A DNA stretch of 64,000 nt, taken from contig NW_021824954.1 of the NCBI RefSeq assembly GCF_006345805.1, forward strand, positions 1 to 64,000, in the 5' to 3' direction. Positions 10,995 to 23,622 of this stretch are shown here, one piece after another; the first letter of the stretch is position 1; each line of letters opens with the position of its first letter. The notes beneath the pieces are model-generated. The model was not told the DNA's origin and ran no database searches. It worked only from the letters and a program-made list of their open reading frames with translations. The stretch is from Octopus sinensis. Taxonomy: Eukaryota. A program made the translations under genes and the position numbers.

Positions 10995-12049
10995 TATATA
11001 CACCCCAAGTTGTTAGTTTCTGTAGCAGAAATAAGAAAAAAACAACAAGCTGTCATCACCTTGCCTATGTCGACCATTTTAGAGAGAAACTTGTATCAGG
11101 TGGAACAAAGGACTAAACCAGCACCTCCCATTTCCATAAGAGACAATAGATTTCAGTCAAGTTTCCTAAGATCTCCATTCATTACAATATGTATAATACT
11201 AAGTTATTTATCATTTATTTTTTAAAGCTTTTTTTAAACATATCAAATTCCTGCACTTGTGATTTACCTAGATTTAGGTGGATGAATAAAAAAAAGTTTT
11301 TAAAAACTGACGTTGTCAGGACTGAGAAAGCGATGCGAACAAATGAGTGAACATGAAATATATCTAGAATAGTTAACCTACATTAATTATACCTAGATAT
11401 ATTCAATGCGTGTATGTTGTGAAAGAGAGACGATCAGACAAAGAATAATTTAAATAGGTGTTTTATGAATAAAAATAGTCTAAAATAAAGTTTCAATGAC
11501 AAAATGGCTTCTAATTGGATTGAGAACTTAGGCTGTGATGAGGAAGTAACATAAATATTGGTATACTGGTCTGGATAGCTGAATAGTAGTAATATAGTAG
11601 CTGAATCAACTAATCCTTCCTTAGTTTCTGGTAATAATGTCGAGATGCAACATAGATGAGCAGTTTTAAACATGTTTTGCTGTGATTATATATGAGATAC
11701 ATAAATGATAGTAATCAAATGTTTTTTTTTTTTGGTTTGTTCTTTTTTTGGCAGGTACAATTATTCTAAAAGATAAATAATAAAATTATATATATAATGG
11801 CATCAAAAGAATGTACTGAGAAGTGTTTTATATCATCAGACAGGGATATTACCTGGCCGTAGAAGTCCCGATGTGTTGCAGCTTTGTGTTACAGATGTAG
11901 GTGGATGAAGGAGATGGCTTGGCTGCTGTTGGATGTTGCTATTGATGATGGAAGATGTGGAATTTGATTTTCTCTATATTTTTCCTCTGGTGGGAGAGGC
12001 TTATGTGATATTGCTGGTGATGAAGGTTGTGTTCGTTTAGAAAAGCAAA

Positions 12050-13048
12050 TTACCGCCGATAGTTGCTGCCACTACCGTAGCCACTACCATAAGGGCCGCT
12101 ACCTCTGTTGAAACCACCACCACCACCACCACGAGTTGGTCCGCCGCCATTTCCGTAACTGTAACCAGTTCCGAAGTTGTTGTAGCCATCATTGAAGTCA
12201 CCGCCGCCGTAGCGGCCACCACCCATGCTGCCACCGTAGCCTCCGCCTCCATAGCCGCCCTGATTACCTCCGCCGTAGCCTTGTGGACCATTACCGCCGT
12301 AGCCCTGGGGTCCTCCAGCGTTGCCTTGATAGCCCATGTTACAATGGTATCCATAGTTGTCGTTGTAACCGCTGCCGTTTGCACCACCGAAGCCTCCGCG
12401 TCCTCCACCCATTCCACCACGCATACCACCGCCACCTCTTCCTCCACGGCCGCCGCCGATGCCCATTCCACCTTCACGATCCTTGGAGACAGCTTTTTTC
12501 ACTTCCACCATTTTCCCGTTGAGCGAGATGCGACGTTTAAGAACAACCTTGTCTACAGAGTCGAAGTCCTCATAGGTGATAAAACAGAATCCTCTTTGTT
12601 TGCCGGTTGCTTTATCTTTAATCATTTCCAGTTTTTCGATTTTGCCGAAACCACCGAAAGTATCCCGAATATCGTCTTCAGAAGTTTCCTCCTTCAATCC
12701 GCCGACGAACATTTTCTTCACTGATGTTTGTGTTTCGTCCGATTCATTACGAGGCATGGCTCTTTTTGTATCCAAATCACGATTATCAATTTTGTGAGGT
12801 CGGTTCTTCTGTGCATCATCTAACATTTCGGCGCATTTGTAAGTAATGAAACCGAATCCACGAGATCTTTTCGTGCTTGGGTTTTTCATTACGACACAGT
12901 CAACGATTTCGCCCCATTGTTCGAAGTGCTGTTTAATAACTTCTTCCGTCGTCTCATAGTTAAGACCGCCAATAAACAATTTGCGGAATTTTTCTGCTTG
13001 AGGATCATCACTATTCTCCTCTCTGTAGTTATAAAATCTTTCAGGCAT
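12050..13048 (-). CDS. HNRNPA1-like: Heterogeneous nuclear ribonucleoprotein A1/A2-B1 family protein (two RRMs plus Gly/Tyr/Asn-rich C-terminus), intronless CDS
   Basis: Intact 332-aa ORF. RRM1 has KLFIGGL and RSRGFGFITY; RRM2 has KKMFVGGL and KQRGFCFITY; RGG and GY-rich low-complexity tail. The exact paralogue cannot be assigned. Confidence 0.96.
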   Translation of the reverse strand: MPERFYNYREENSDDPQAEKFRKLFIGGLNYETTEEVIKQHFEQWGEIVDCVVMKNPSTKRSRGFGFITYKCAEMLDDAQKNRPHKIDNRDLDTKRAMPRNESDETQTSVKKMFVGGLKEETSEDDIRDTFGGFGKIEKLEMIKDKATGKQRGFCFITYEDFDSVDKVVLKRRISLNGKMVEVKKAVSKDREGGMGIGGGRGGRGGGGMRGGMGGGRGGFGGANGSGYNDNYGYHCNMGYQGNAGGPQGYGGNGPQGYGGGNQGGYGGGGYGGSMGGGRYGGGDFNDGYNNFGTGYSYGNGGGPTRGGGGGGFNRGSGPYGSGYGSGSNYRR

Positions 13049-13119
13049 TTTAAACGAATTACTTTAGCTTGTTTATTCAGCTGGTGTGTAGTAACGCAAA
13101 CGACTACTGTCAGAGAACA

Positions 13120-13210
13120 GCTAATAAGAGAGATACTCAAAATGGAGATATGCGTTAGGATAATCGGCTTAAGTATGGCAGCCTCGTATTGAACTAACCA
13201 ATCATGTTCG
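13120..13210 (-). promoter_or_regulatory. Probable TATA-less promoter and TSS region of the hnRNP A gene
   Basis: YY1/initiator-like CTCCATTTTG (13138-13147) and GGCTGCCATACTT (13171-13183), plus a CCAAT box at 13198-13202, all 90-150 bp upstream of the ATG. Confidence 0.5.
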
Positions 13211-13888
13211 CTTTTTTCAAACCCTTTGTTTTCCTCAAGCCATTGCAAGAAATAATTTCTATTAAATTTTTAAGATAGGAACTAAATCCATAAATATTTT
13301 ATTTATGTTATTCAAGAAAAAAGTTTTAGAAGCAATTTATAATGGAAGAATATGTGAAAATTAATTACCTTATAATTAGATACCGCGTCTTATACCCGTC
13401 TTCGTTGATATGCTTTGAACATGTATAATTTTTTTTGTGGGGGTAGGGCAGGTCTATTCAAATAGTATATACTTTTTATGCGAAGTTAATGCCTAATAAT
13501 GTGAAGATATTCATTTCTAATTATTTACTTAACTACTTTTAAAAATAAGTAAAAATACTCCAATAGGATACATCCTGCGTATGCATATGTGTATATATAT
13601 ATATACAGTGTGTGTATATACATTTGTGCATGTATGTTAATGAATGATTACATTTGTGTCCATGTACATATGTACACGTATATATATATATATATTATAT
13701 ATATATATATATACGTATATATATATATACATATATTTGGATATATGTTTATATATATATAATTGGGCAATAACTATATATATATATACAGTGTGTGTGT
13801 ATACATTCGTGTATGTATATATGTATGTTTATGAATGATTACATTTGTGTTTGTACATATGTATAGGTGTATATATAAATATATATAT

Positions 13889-14165
13889 AATTGGGTAATA
13901 ACTATATATAGTGTGTGTGTATACATTTGTGTATGTACATATGTATACGTATATATATATATACATACACATATATGTTAGAAGTATTGGGGATGATGTA
14001 CATATTTAAAACATGTAAGAAAAAGGCGTTGTTGAGGGCGCTACAAAATATGAAGAAATAATATGTGATATGTAAATAAATATATTTTTTTACAACCATC
14101 CAGTATTCTGAACACCTTTTTCTTTCATATATATATATATATATATATATTTCGATATACCTATG

Positions 14166-14213
<48 letters not shown>

Positions 14214-14497
14214 TATATATAATTGGGTAATAACTATATATAGTGTGTGTGTATACATTTGTGTATGTACATATGTATACGTATATATATATATACATAC
14301 ACATATATGTTAGAAGTATTGGGGATGATGTACATATTTAAAACATGTAAGAAAAAGGCGTTGTTGAGGGCGCTACAAAATATGAAGAAATAATATGTGA
14401 TATGTAAATAAATATATTTTTTTACAACCATCCAGTATTCTGAACACCTTTTTCTTTCATATATATATATATATATATATATTTCGATATACCTATG

Positions 14498-14541
<44 letters not shown>

Positions 14542-14829
14542 TATATATATATAATTGGGTAATAACTATATATAGTGTGTGTGTATACATTTGTGTATGT
14601 ACATATGTATACGTATATATATATATACATACACATATATGTTAGAAGTATTGGGGATGATGTACATATTTAAAACATGTAAGAAAAAGGCGTTGTTGAG
14701 GGCGCTACAAAATATGAAGAAATAATATGTGATATGTAAATAAATATATTTTTTTACAACCATCCAGTATTCTGAACACCTTTTTCTTTCATATATATAT
14801 ATATATATATATATTTCGATATACCTATG

Positions 14830-14873
<44 letters not shown>

Positions 14874-14937
14874 TATATATATATAATTGCGGAATAACTA
14901 TATATATATATAAATATATATATATATAATTGCGGAA

Positions 14938-14980
<43 letters not shown>

Positions 14981-14993
14981 GCGGAATAACTAT

Positions 14994-15028
<35 letters not shown>

Positions 15029-15065
15029 ATTGCGGAATAACTATATATATATATATATATATAAT

Positions 15066-15103
<38 letters not shown>

Positions 15104-15118
15104 ATTGCGGAATAACTA

Positions 15119-15160
<42 letters not shown>

Positions 15161-15172
15161 GCGGAATAACTA
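13889..15172. repeat. 3 x 332-bp tandem repeat followed by 6 x AATTGCGGAATAACT-(TA)n units
   Basis: Long units start at 13889, 14221 and 14553. Short units start at 14885, 14928, 14977, 15028, 15103 and 15157. Confidence 0.95.
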
Positions 15173-16261
15173 TATATATATATTTATATATAGATATGTG
15201 TGTGTGTATAAATATATATATATATATATATTACATACGCAGTAAAAGTGTTTAAATTTTTAGTCTAGATTTTTATTTCCTCTCTGTTACGACTTCTTCA
15301 TTTGTCGTTTATATATCATACTCACTTCTCTCAATTGATAAAGTCAATGAAGGTGACGAGATTTTCGCGGCAGCCATATTTAAACTTCGTAACATGCCAT
15401 GACTTGGAACAGAAATGGAAAACGATAGTAGTACAAGAAAGCGTCTTATATTTCTCCTTTAATTTTACGTTTCGGATTAGATTTATACATTTAACGGCAC
15501 AATAAAGCATTATATAGGAAATATAGATAGAATTTAAAAGAAAAAGATGAATTTCTTTCAGTTGAATTTTCGAAATTGAAAATTATCAATAAAGAAGTCG
15601 GGTATTATTAATCTTAATTTACATTTTATCCGAAAAAAAACTTTACTGTATTGAGTATACATATATATATATTTCGAAGAGGAAGAGAATTAAGAATGTA
15701 GTAGAATCTAATATATCTTCTAAGAAATATTTGGAAACATACTAAATTGCTTTAGTATCTTGTGCGAAAAATTTTGTTATGCACACAGCCTTATATATAT
15801 ATATATTATTAATATTACTAAATTATATATTATATGTGATATATATATATATATATATAATTTTAAAAAGATTGTTGACTCATAACTTCCAGAAAAATGG
15901 ATACTTATTGGGGGATACACATCTGTAGTTATGCCTATATATGTACATATACTGTATATATAATGCATATATATACACATAAATACGAATGTGTATGTAT
16001 ATATATTACACGCATGTGTATATATATATGTACACACGATTATATCACATACGCGTGCGTATGTATGTATATACATACACATCTAAAAACATTACGTTCG
16101 AAATGATTAAGATTCAATGTTCAGTACTCGGATTAACACGTGCATTAAAAAGAAGGGAGTCAGGATTTCGACAGAAACTTATTTATTTATCGTTTTGGTC
16201 TCTTTCGAAGATCCATCATAAATAATTTCTTGTAGAGAAGTCATACCTTTTTTTTTTTAAT

Positions 16262-16463
16262 GCGATTTGGTGCTGAAAAGTTCCTGGCTTTGGGTAAAAG
16301 AAAATTACCAGTTAATTTATGATTTTATTCAACATATTCTCCTCTCATATTCACAAACTTATTGCAGCGGTCCTTCAGTTTTTCTATAAGCCCTGTAAAA
16401 GAACTTGCAACGATGTTCTTTTTGCGACACACTTAAAGCCAGGAAGTTTTCAGTACACCCTCG
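16262..16463. mobile_element. Mariner-derived MITE
   Basis: TIRs GGTGCTGAAAAGTTCCTGGCTTT and AAAGCCAGGAAGTTTTCAGTACACCCTCG, followed by TA. Confidence 0.8.
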
Positions 16464-16737
16464 TATATTGAAAAAAATATGGAGTTGAATTTGTTTTAAC
16501 TCACTCTCATTCATATATCTAAACGTAAGAATTTTCTATAAGAAAGCATTCATGGTGAATACATGAAAGCGCTAAATAATTTCTATCTACCGTGCTTTTC
16601 TTAATATATAAAATCTATAGCCCATTTGAAAGAATCTATACATACACCTACGCAATCTGTGCATATATGTATATGTATGTGCAAGGATATAATCACGTAG
16701 AGTATACTAATGGTTATTTGTATATGTGTGTATATAT

Positions 16738-16916
16738 CAGTGCTTTTCAAACTTTTTGCTGGAGCGGAACACCAAGAAAACATTTCACTGGCTCGAGGAA
16801 TACCTGTGCAATAATTTAATTGTCTGATGCACACATATCTGCACAGGAGAATTAAAAATTACTGTCGATTTTAGCATTTTTGTAACTTCTTGCGGAACCC
16901 TGGTTGAAAACCACTG
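16738..16916. mobile_element. hAT-type MITE, 179 bp
   Basis: TIRs CAGTGCTTTTCAA / TTGAAAACCACTG with a perfect 8-bp TSD GTATATAT on both sides. Confidence 0.9.
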
Positions 16917-17167
16917 GTATATATATCTATATATACACAGTTACAAATTGAGATAGGGGTTGTAAATGCAACCCTCCATGGGATGACATGGATATATGTT
17001 AATACATAAATGTTAAGAATTGCGATGCAATTAATTCATTTACTGTATTATATGGGCAAAGGTAAAATGTTTTACCACAAATTATGTAGTGGTTTAATAA
17101 ATTATGTGATTGGGTATTATCTGGTAGTTGATAATTGATTTAGATGTATTTCTCCATTTTCTTATTT

Positions 17168-17216
<49 letters not shown>

Positions 17217-17219
<3 letters not shown>

Positions 17220-17590
17220 CGATAGAATACGTACTAGGATTACAAAGAATAAGTCCTGGGGTCGATTTGCTCGACTACAGGCGGTGCTCCAGCATGGCCG
17301 CAGTCAAATGACTGAAACATATAAAAGAATATTTGGGGTCGTCCTGGGGGTGATTTGCTCGAATAAAGGCGGTGCTCCAGCTGAAACAAATAAAAGAATC
17401 AAACCCCAATATTCTTTTATTTGCTTCAGTCATTTGACTGCAGCCATGCAGGAGCACCCCTTTACTCGAGCAAATCGACTCCAGGACTTATTGTCAATCT
17501 TTTGTCGAACAGCTAGGTTACTGGGACGTAAATACACCACCATCGGTTGTCAAGCGATGTTGGGGGGGACAAACACAGAGACACAAACAT
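17217..17590. mobile_element. Cluster of SINE 3' halves (two plus, one minus), tail to tail
   Basis: GGGGTCGATTTGCTCGACT...CCAGCATGGCCGCAGTCAAATGACTGAAAC and its reverse complement. Confidence 0.85.
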
Positions 17591-17619
17591 ACATACATAT
17601 ATATATATTTATTTATTGA

Positions 17620-20600
17620 CTAGCAGAGCTACCCGGCATTGCCCAGTTACATTCATTTGAAGAATTAGACTTTTCTGTTATATATATATATATATATATG
17701 GATACACACAAACACACACACATATATATGTATATTAGTATAAATACATGAAAGTACATGAAGTTTGTTAAAAAAAAAAGGGGATCATGTATATACCTCC
17801 TGGCTGTTGAGATTATAACACCTAGTTGTAAACAATGTTCCTTGTTTTTCCTTGTGGAGCATATACAAAAAGGTTTCTTTTGGTTCCTACTCTTGAGCAG
17901 CCAAAATACAGTTGCCCATGTGAGAAGCAGGGCTGTTTCAAGAGAAGACCAGCTACAGAGAGGGTTTGACCCTGAGATTTGTTAATGGGCATGGCAAAGC
18001 TGACACGAAGGGGGAATTGCAGTCTTCTGAATGTAAAAGGAATTTCTGCTCCTGATGGAGTAAGAGGAATTCTTGGAATAAAGACGTCATCACCTTTTCC
18101 ACATCCAGAAAGAATGATCGCCTCGATAATGTGTGACATCATTTTCTTTATCACCAGTTGTGTTCCATTGCAAAGTCTTGGTGGTTCCAGATTGCGGAGT
18201 AGCATTACAGGAGTTCCAACTTTAATTGCTAATATGTGTGGAGGCAGTCCACGAGGCTCCAGTGAATTGTGAAATTCAGGAGGATAGTTCACAACTTCAT
18301 TTATATCTGGAATTGTATCAACAGACTTGTAAGTGTGTATAGTGCCGGGAAGAGAATGCATTAGCTGTTGATTAATTTTGTTAACATCAACGTTTTTTGG
18401 AGCTAATCTTGCTCTTTCACACAGCCAATTGTGATTTTGGTAGTTTTGTGTGAAGTTGGGAGAGACTTTGTTTTTTGAGGTCATCTACAGAATTAACAAC
18501 AGAAGAAAATGACCACACTTCCATTTGTCCTGCAGCATCGAGAAGCATCTTACCTTCACCAAGTGTCAAAATGTCCTGTGCAAACTTTGTGGACATTTTG
18601 TCACTGTGTAGCTGAGCTCTCATGTTAGTGGTGAGACTGTGGATTGTAACATGATGCCACAGTGTAGAGGACTTTAGTGCCTTTCGGAATGACAGGAAGA
18701 ATTTGCCTGAAATCACCTGACAACAGAAGCGTTACACCTCCCATTGGAGCCTGACAGCCTCAGATGTCTTTCAGGGCTCTATCTAATGCTTCCAAAGATC
18801 CCCTGTGAGCCATAGTGCACTCATCCCAGACAATTAGATGACACATTTTAAGTACTTGTCCCTGATCTGAGCTTTTGTTGATGTTGCATGAAGGCATTTC
18901 GGATGTTGCTAAATTGAGAGGGAGTTTAAAAGTTGAGTGTGCTGTCCTGCCACCGGGTAACAAAGTAGCTGCAATGCCAGAGGAGGCTACAGCTACTGCA
19001 ATGTCCTGATGCCGCCTAACGTCTGCAAGGAGAAGCTTTGTAATAAATATTTTCCTGTCCCTCCAGGAGCATCGAGGAAGAAGATTCGTCCCTCGCGTTG
19101 GCGTACACTGTTAAAAATAGTTCTGTAGGCCTGCAGCTGGTCAGGAAGTAATTTAGGCTCATTTTCAACAATGTACTTTGAAAGCGCTTGAGTGTCGTAG
19201 GTTGTTTCACGAATGACAGCAGTGGGAAGGCTATTTGACCCTGACCTGAATGCTTGTGGCAGCCCATACGTCAACAATTCATTTCCACCCAGTTTAGCAA
19301 TTCTGTCTTCAATGTCAATGAGTGTTTTGTTATAGATTTCATTGCTGATACCCTCCATGTCAGGATAAAGCAGTTGAGCTTGGCGCTGAAAGTCTTCAGC
19401 CAGGTTGTTTCTATATTTGAGCCATAGAGTGGCCGGATCACACAGTCCGCATGCCTGTAGTAATACTGCAAATAGTGCCCTAAGACTTTTAGGTGATTGT
19501 GATAATGCAGCCTCTCCTAAAGTTGCATCCCATTGTGCACCATCTTCTAACAGAGCTTGTCGATAGCAGGCTTCTGTGTATGTTGTGCAGACATGTCCAT
19601 GAATGGTTTTTAGGGCCTGGAAAGACGTTGGCCCTCTGATCTCATGCAGTAGTAGACGAAGGTAGAAGCACTCTTGTTGAGTGGGATGCACTGTGTATAC
19701 TCGTCCAAGGCAAGTGTGAAACTTAATGCCAGGGTATCCATGAACATTTTGACCTGCTTTCCGTGGGGCCCATTTTTTTTCCATTCCAAGTGTAGTATGA
19801 TGGAATCTGTGGATGTGGATACAGCAAGGTTTGAGTGAATGGATTCACTTCACAAAGCTTGAAGAATGCAGTGAGTGTGCTATCCCTTTGTTCCTCTGCC
19901 AACAGAGAAGCATTAGCATCGGGGAAGTACACTCTTTGACCATTTTCCAGGTGCACTGCAAGCTGTTGAATGGCGAGGTGTCGTTGGTGAATTGGAAAGC
20001 CAAAGATGCACCAGAAAGCCTCGTTGCTACTTATGTACCGTCCCACCTGATAAAGCGTCACCTCATCCTGGCAGTATTCTTGTTGAAGTCCAAACATTGC
20101 AGCGTCAGAACCCTTGTTTACATATTTGCAAACATACTTGATGGATATTATCAATATCGTGTTGTCCGATAGTTGCTGTGAAACCTCCGTCTTCTGGTTT
20201 TCTGCGTCTGTATGATGGATACCCATCAGCACCTGTCTGAGTTTCTTGTAGGAACCTCCTTCGAAATCTTTTTGAATATATGCTGTCCTTCAAGCATGGT
20301 GTGTTTATGTTGAATCCACGCCCACATAGACCATGTAACATGTTTGCTTTATTTTGTATAGTTCTTTGTCTAAAGCTGGATCAGGAAGCTCTGCAGAGAT
20401 TATCTTGTCGATGTCATTGGAATTGATCTTCGCTGAGAGCCAAAGCAGGTTATGAGCATGTGGAAGGCCCCTTTTTTGCCACTCGATTGTGTACATGTCA
20501 CATTGTATGGGCCCAAAGACTTGCCCTTTTTGTACGACCTCCATGAGAGAGATTAACATCAGATGGAAAACTCGGGCGTTGAGATTCCGGTTCGAATGTA

Positions 20601-21850
20601 AGGCAGGTTTGAAAGTGTTCCCAACAGTTATTAGTTGTAGTGGTAGAGTGTTTATGCCGAATATGTACGTATTCAAGTATATATATGTATGTATACCTGT
20701 ATATATGTACAAAATCCACTGAGAAGGCTTTTGTTGGTCTGAGGCTACAGCAGAAGACACATGCCAAGTCACCACACAGTGGGACTGAACCCAGGACCAT
20801 GTGTTTGGAACGTAGTTTGTTACCACACAGCCACACCTGCCCCTATGTATGTGTGTGTGTGCATATGTGTGTAAGGGTAGATATATTATGCATGTATATA
20901 TGTGTATATATATGTGTACATATTACATGTACATCTATATATAGACATCTACACATAAAATACAAAATACAAAGTTATATCTTGATATCGCTAGTGATAA
21001 CAATACTCAAAATATATAACAGACTGGAATTGTAGGCCCATCTCTTGCAATTTCGATCAATTGGATCTTGTCCTCCCTCTTGTATAGGCTGCAGCGAAAC
21101 TTTCTTCTATCGAAGGCATTTTAACAAAAATGCTTCTGTAAAGACGGTGAAAATATTGTCAATTTCCCCAAACAGGGACAAAATTCAATTTTTAAACAAT
21201 AACCAAAGCACCTTCTCCGAAAGGGGGAGGGTTACGGTTTACAATTATTTAACAAATGCAACACAACAAAGTTTCCCTGACGAGGAACCAACAAACGTGA
21301 TTACAATAGTCAAACAGTAATAATAATAACACCAAACCTTTTTAATATATCCCCATTTATGTGAAACCACTTATTCAAGTTCAAGTCATTGATGCAATTT
21401 TATACGAATTGCTAATACACACACACACACATAATAAGGGTGAAAAATTGAATATTAATTTGATTAATATGAATTGAAAACCAGTGGTGTGGCATATAAG
21501 ACCATAGCGGATCTTCTAGCAAAAAGGATGACCACTATTAATGGTTCATCCCTGTTATATAATACTTTCACTTTATTAGTTTCAGTATTAAAATAAAAGT
21601 GTCTGCATTACAAAAGAGAGATGTTTTTGTTTCATTTTTAACACGTAATACTGAAATAGTGGAGAAGATATGATATTGCTGTGGGGTCGCCCTAGGGAAA
21701 AAGTTAAGATTGTTTTGCCAATGACACTCTCCGGACCTTAAGTAAGACATGTGTAAAATTTGAATGAAATTGGTTGTGTAGTTCTCAAGTTTTAGGGAAA
21801 CACACTGACAGACAGGCAGACACACATTCTCAGTTTTATATTTATAGAGA
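17620..21850 (-). mobile_element. Helitron with both termini and a degenerate Rep-helicase gene
   Basis: 5' A|TCTCTATAAATATAAAAC at 21850; 3' GGCAATGCC hairpin then CTAG|T at 17620. Rep motifs EWQKRGLPHAH and IKYVCKYVNKG. PIF1-type motifs DAPGGTGK, IVWDE, LLRNLEPPRLCNGT and FAMPINKSQGQT, with many frameshifts. A SINE head is inserted at ~20710-20845. Confidence 0.93.
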
Positions 21851-22130
21851 TGTACTTGCGTAGCGAGTGACTTGATCTGAGAGCGTGTGCTGGAACGAAA
21901 CCAATTGCTGCACGAAGCTTTGTCTGTGAACAGGTCGCGGTCTGAAAGCGACGAAAATATTTTGACAAATTAAATTTAAATGTTGAAGTGAATCTAATGG
22001 TTTTGTGTGTTTCTTAAATGGCTTATAAACACCTTCCATGCTGCAATTGTTATATATATATATATTTCGTTTTTGCATTTGGTTTGCAAGATTCTTTATA
22101 TGATTTCGTGTGTTGAAGCATATTCTGTTG

Positions 22131-22373
22131 TGTCTAGGGAGATTCATTTTCTTTTTGTGCCTTATAATTTAACACACTCACCTGTAAAATTTCCACTTAT
22201 TTCTTATTTTTATTCTCCTAAAATTTTCTTTGTGTCTTGCAACCTTTTCAGACTATTGAAAAGGTTGCAAGAAAATTTTAGGAGAATAAAAATAAGAAAT
22301 GAGTGGAAATTTTACCAGTGAATGTGTTAAATTATAAAGCACAAAAAGAAAATAACTCTCCCTTGAAACAAAA
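22131..22373. repeat. Fold-back inverted repeat with ~120-bp arms
   Basis: ...CTTGCAACCTTTTCA-gactat-TGAAAAGGTTGCAAG... with long matching flanks. Part of the right arm recurs at ~23058-23140. Confidence 0.85.
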
Positions 22374-22407
22374 GTATATATATATATACTGTTTTATAAC
22401 TGAATGC

Positions 22408-22835
22408 GGATCTTTTCGGTTTGAACGGCAGTTTTTAAAAATAATTTCCACATAACTAAACACTTTTAAACTTCCTATACTGGTAAAATGTGTTTATAAA
22501 ACATCTTTTTCTCTTGGCTTTATTGAGAAAATTCTATAGTTTGTAAGATATTTGTTGTTTTTTTCTTCAATTTCTGCAATTTCAACCAATCAGTGACGTC
22601 TATTGAGGTAAAAAAATCAGTCTGTGCCGTATGAATATGTCCCTCGTTTAAGAAACAGATTGGGTTTATTTACATTTGTGAAGAAAAAAAGATACCCTTC
22701 CCCCACCCCTAACCCTAACTGACCCAAACCCTAAAACAGATTGAAATGCAATAGATCGATGCTAGGGTCATAATTATGGGTGACAATTTCATATGACACC
22801 GCTAGAAAAAACTGCCATTCAAACCGAAAAGATCC
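22408..22835. mobile_element. MITE with ~28-bp TIRs; partial second copy at ~23148-23374
   Basis: GGATCTTTTCGGTTTGAACGGCAGTTTT ... AAAACTGCCATTCAAACCGAAAAGATCC. Confidence 0.85.
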
Positions 22836-22908
22836 CCGAGTGCTTCTTTTTTCGGATTTATGTTTACGGACAATATATATGTGTATATATATATATGTGT
22901 GTGTATAT

Positions 22909-22966
<58 letters not shown>

Positions 22967-23359
22967 ATATAAATATATACAAATCTCATTTGTGAACCCA
23001 TGGAAAAAGAACCTACGCCAACTATTCAGCCTATATGTCTCTGCACACCTTTGAATGCGTGTGTTAAATTATAAGGCACAAAAAGAAAATGACTCTCCCT
23101 AGACACAAAAGTATATATATATATATATACTATTTTATAACTGAGTGCAGATCTTTTCGGTTTGAACAGCAGTTTTTTAAAATAATTTCCACATAACTAA
23201 ATACTTTTAAACTTCCTATACTGGTAGAATGTGTTTATAAAACATCTTTTTCTCTTGGCTTTATTGAGAAAATTCTATGGTTTGTAAGATATTTGTTGTT
23301 TTTTTCTTCAATTTCTGCAATTTCAACCAATCAGTGACGTCTATTGAGGTAAAAAAAAT

Positions 23360-23600
23360 CATTCTGTGCCGTATGCTAGAAGCTTTGCAAATCTAATGGT
23401 GGCCTCAAAAAACATTTTTAGATCAACAAAGATCAGAACTTATCTGCAGCTCTTGGTGGTCCAAATCGGATATGCTATCTATGTGGATGTCTTTTAAGAA
23501 CATTGTCTGGTTTTCAAAAGTCACATAAGATTCCATGATGGTTCTAAGGTGTAGGTATAGGAGGTGACCAAACTCTGCATAAGGAGCTGGCAACCACCAT
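23360..23600 (+). mobile_element. Degenerate RTE C2H2-tail fragment
   Basis: Reads FCAVC*KLCKSNGGLKKHF and ICYLCGCLLRTLSGFQKSH, resembling the fingers at 383-703. Confidence 0.5.
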
Positions 23601-23622
23601 ATATATACATATATATATATAT

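Noticed and set aside
6660-11610. C/D-box snoRNAs in the putative introns (TGATGA at ~6674, 8044, 11053, 11535)
   Set aside because: No correctly spaced, same-strand RTGATGA...CTGA pair with terminal stems was found.
12037-12797. Overlapping and antisense ORFs on the hnRNP gene (12037-12477, 12281-12724, 12283-12522, 12576-12797)
   Set aside because: They are shadows of the GC-rich Gly-codon region, with no domain-like content.
22707-22733. CCCTAA repeats as an interstitial telomere
   Set aside because: There are only about three imperfect units, and they lie inside a MITE.
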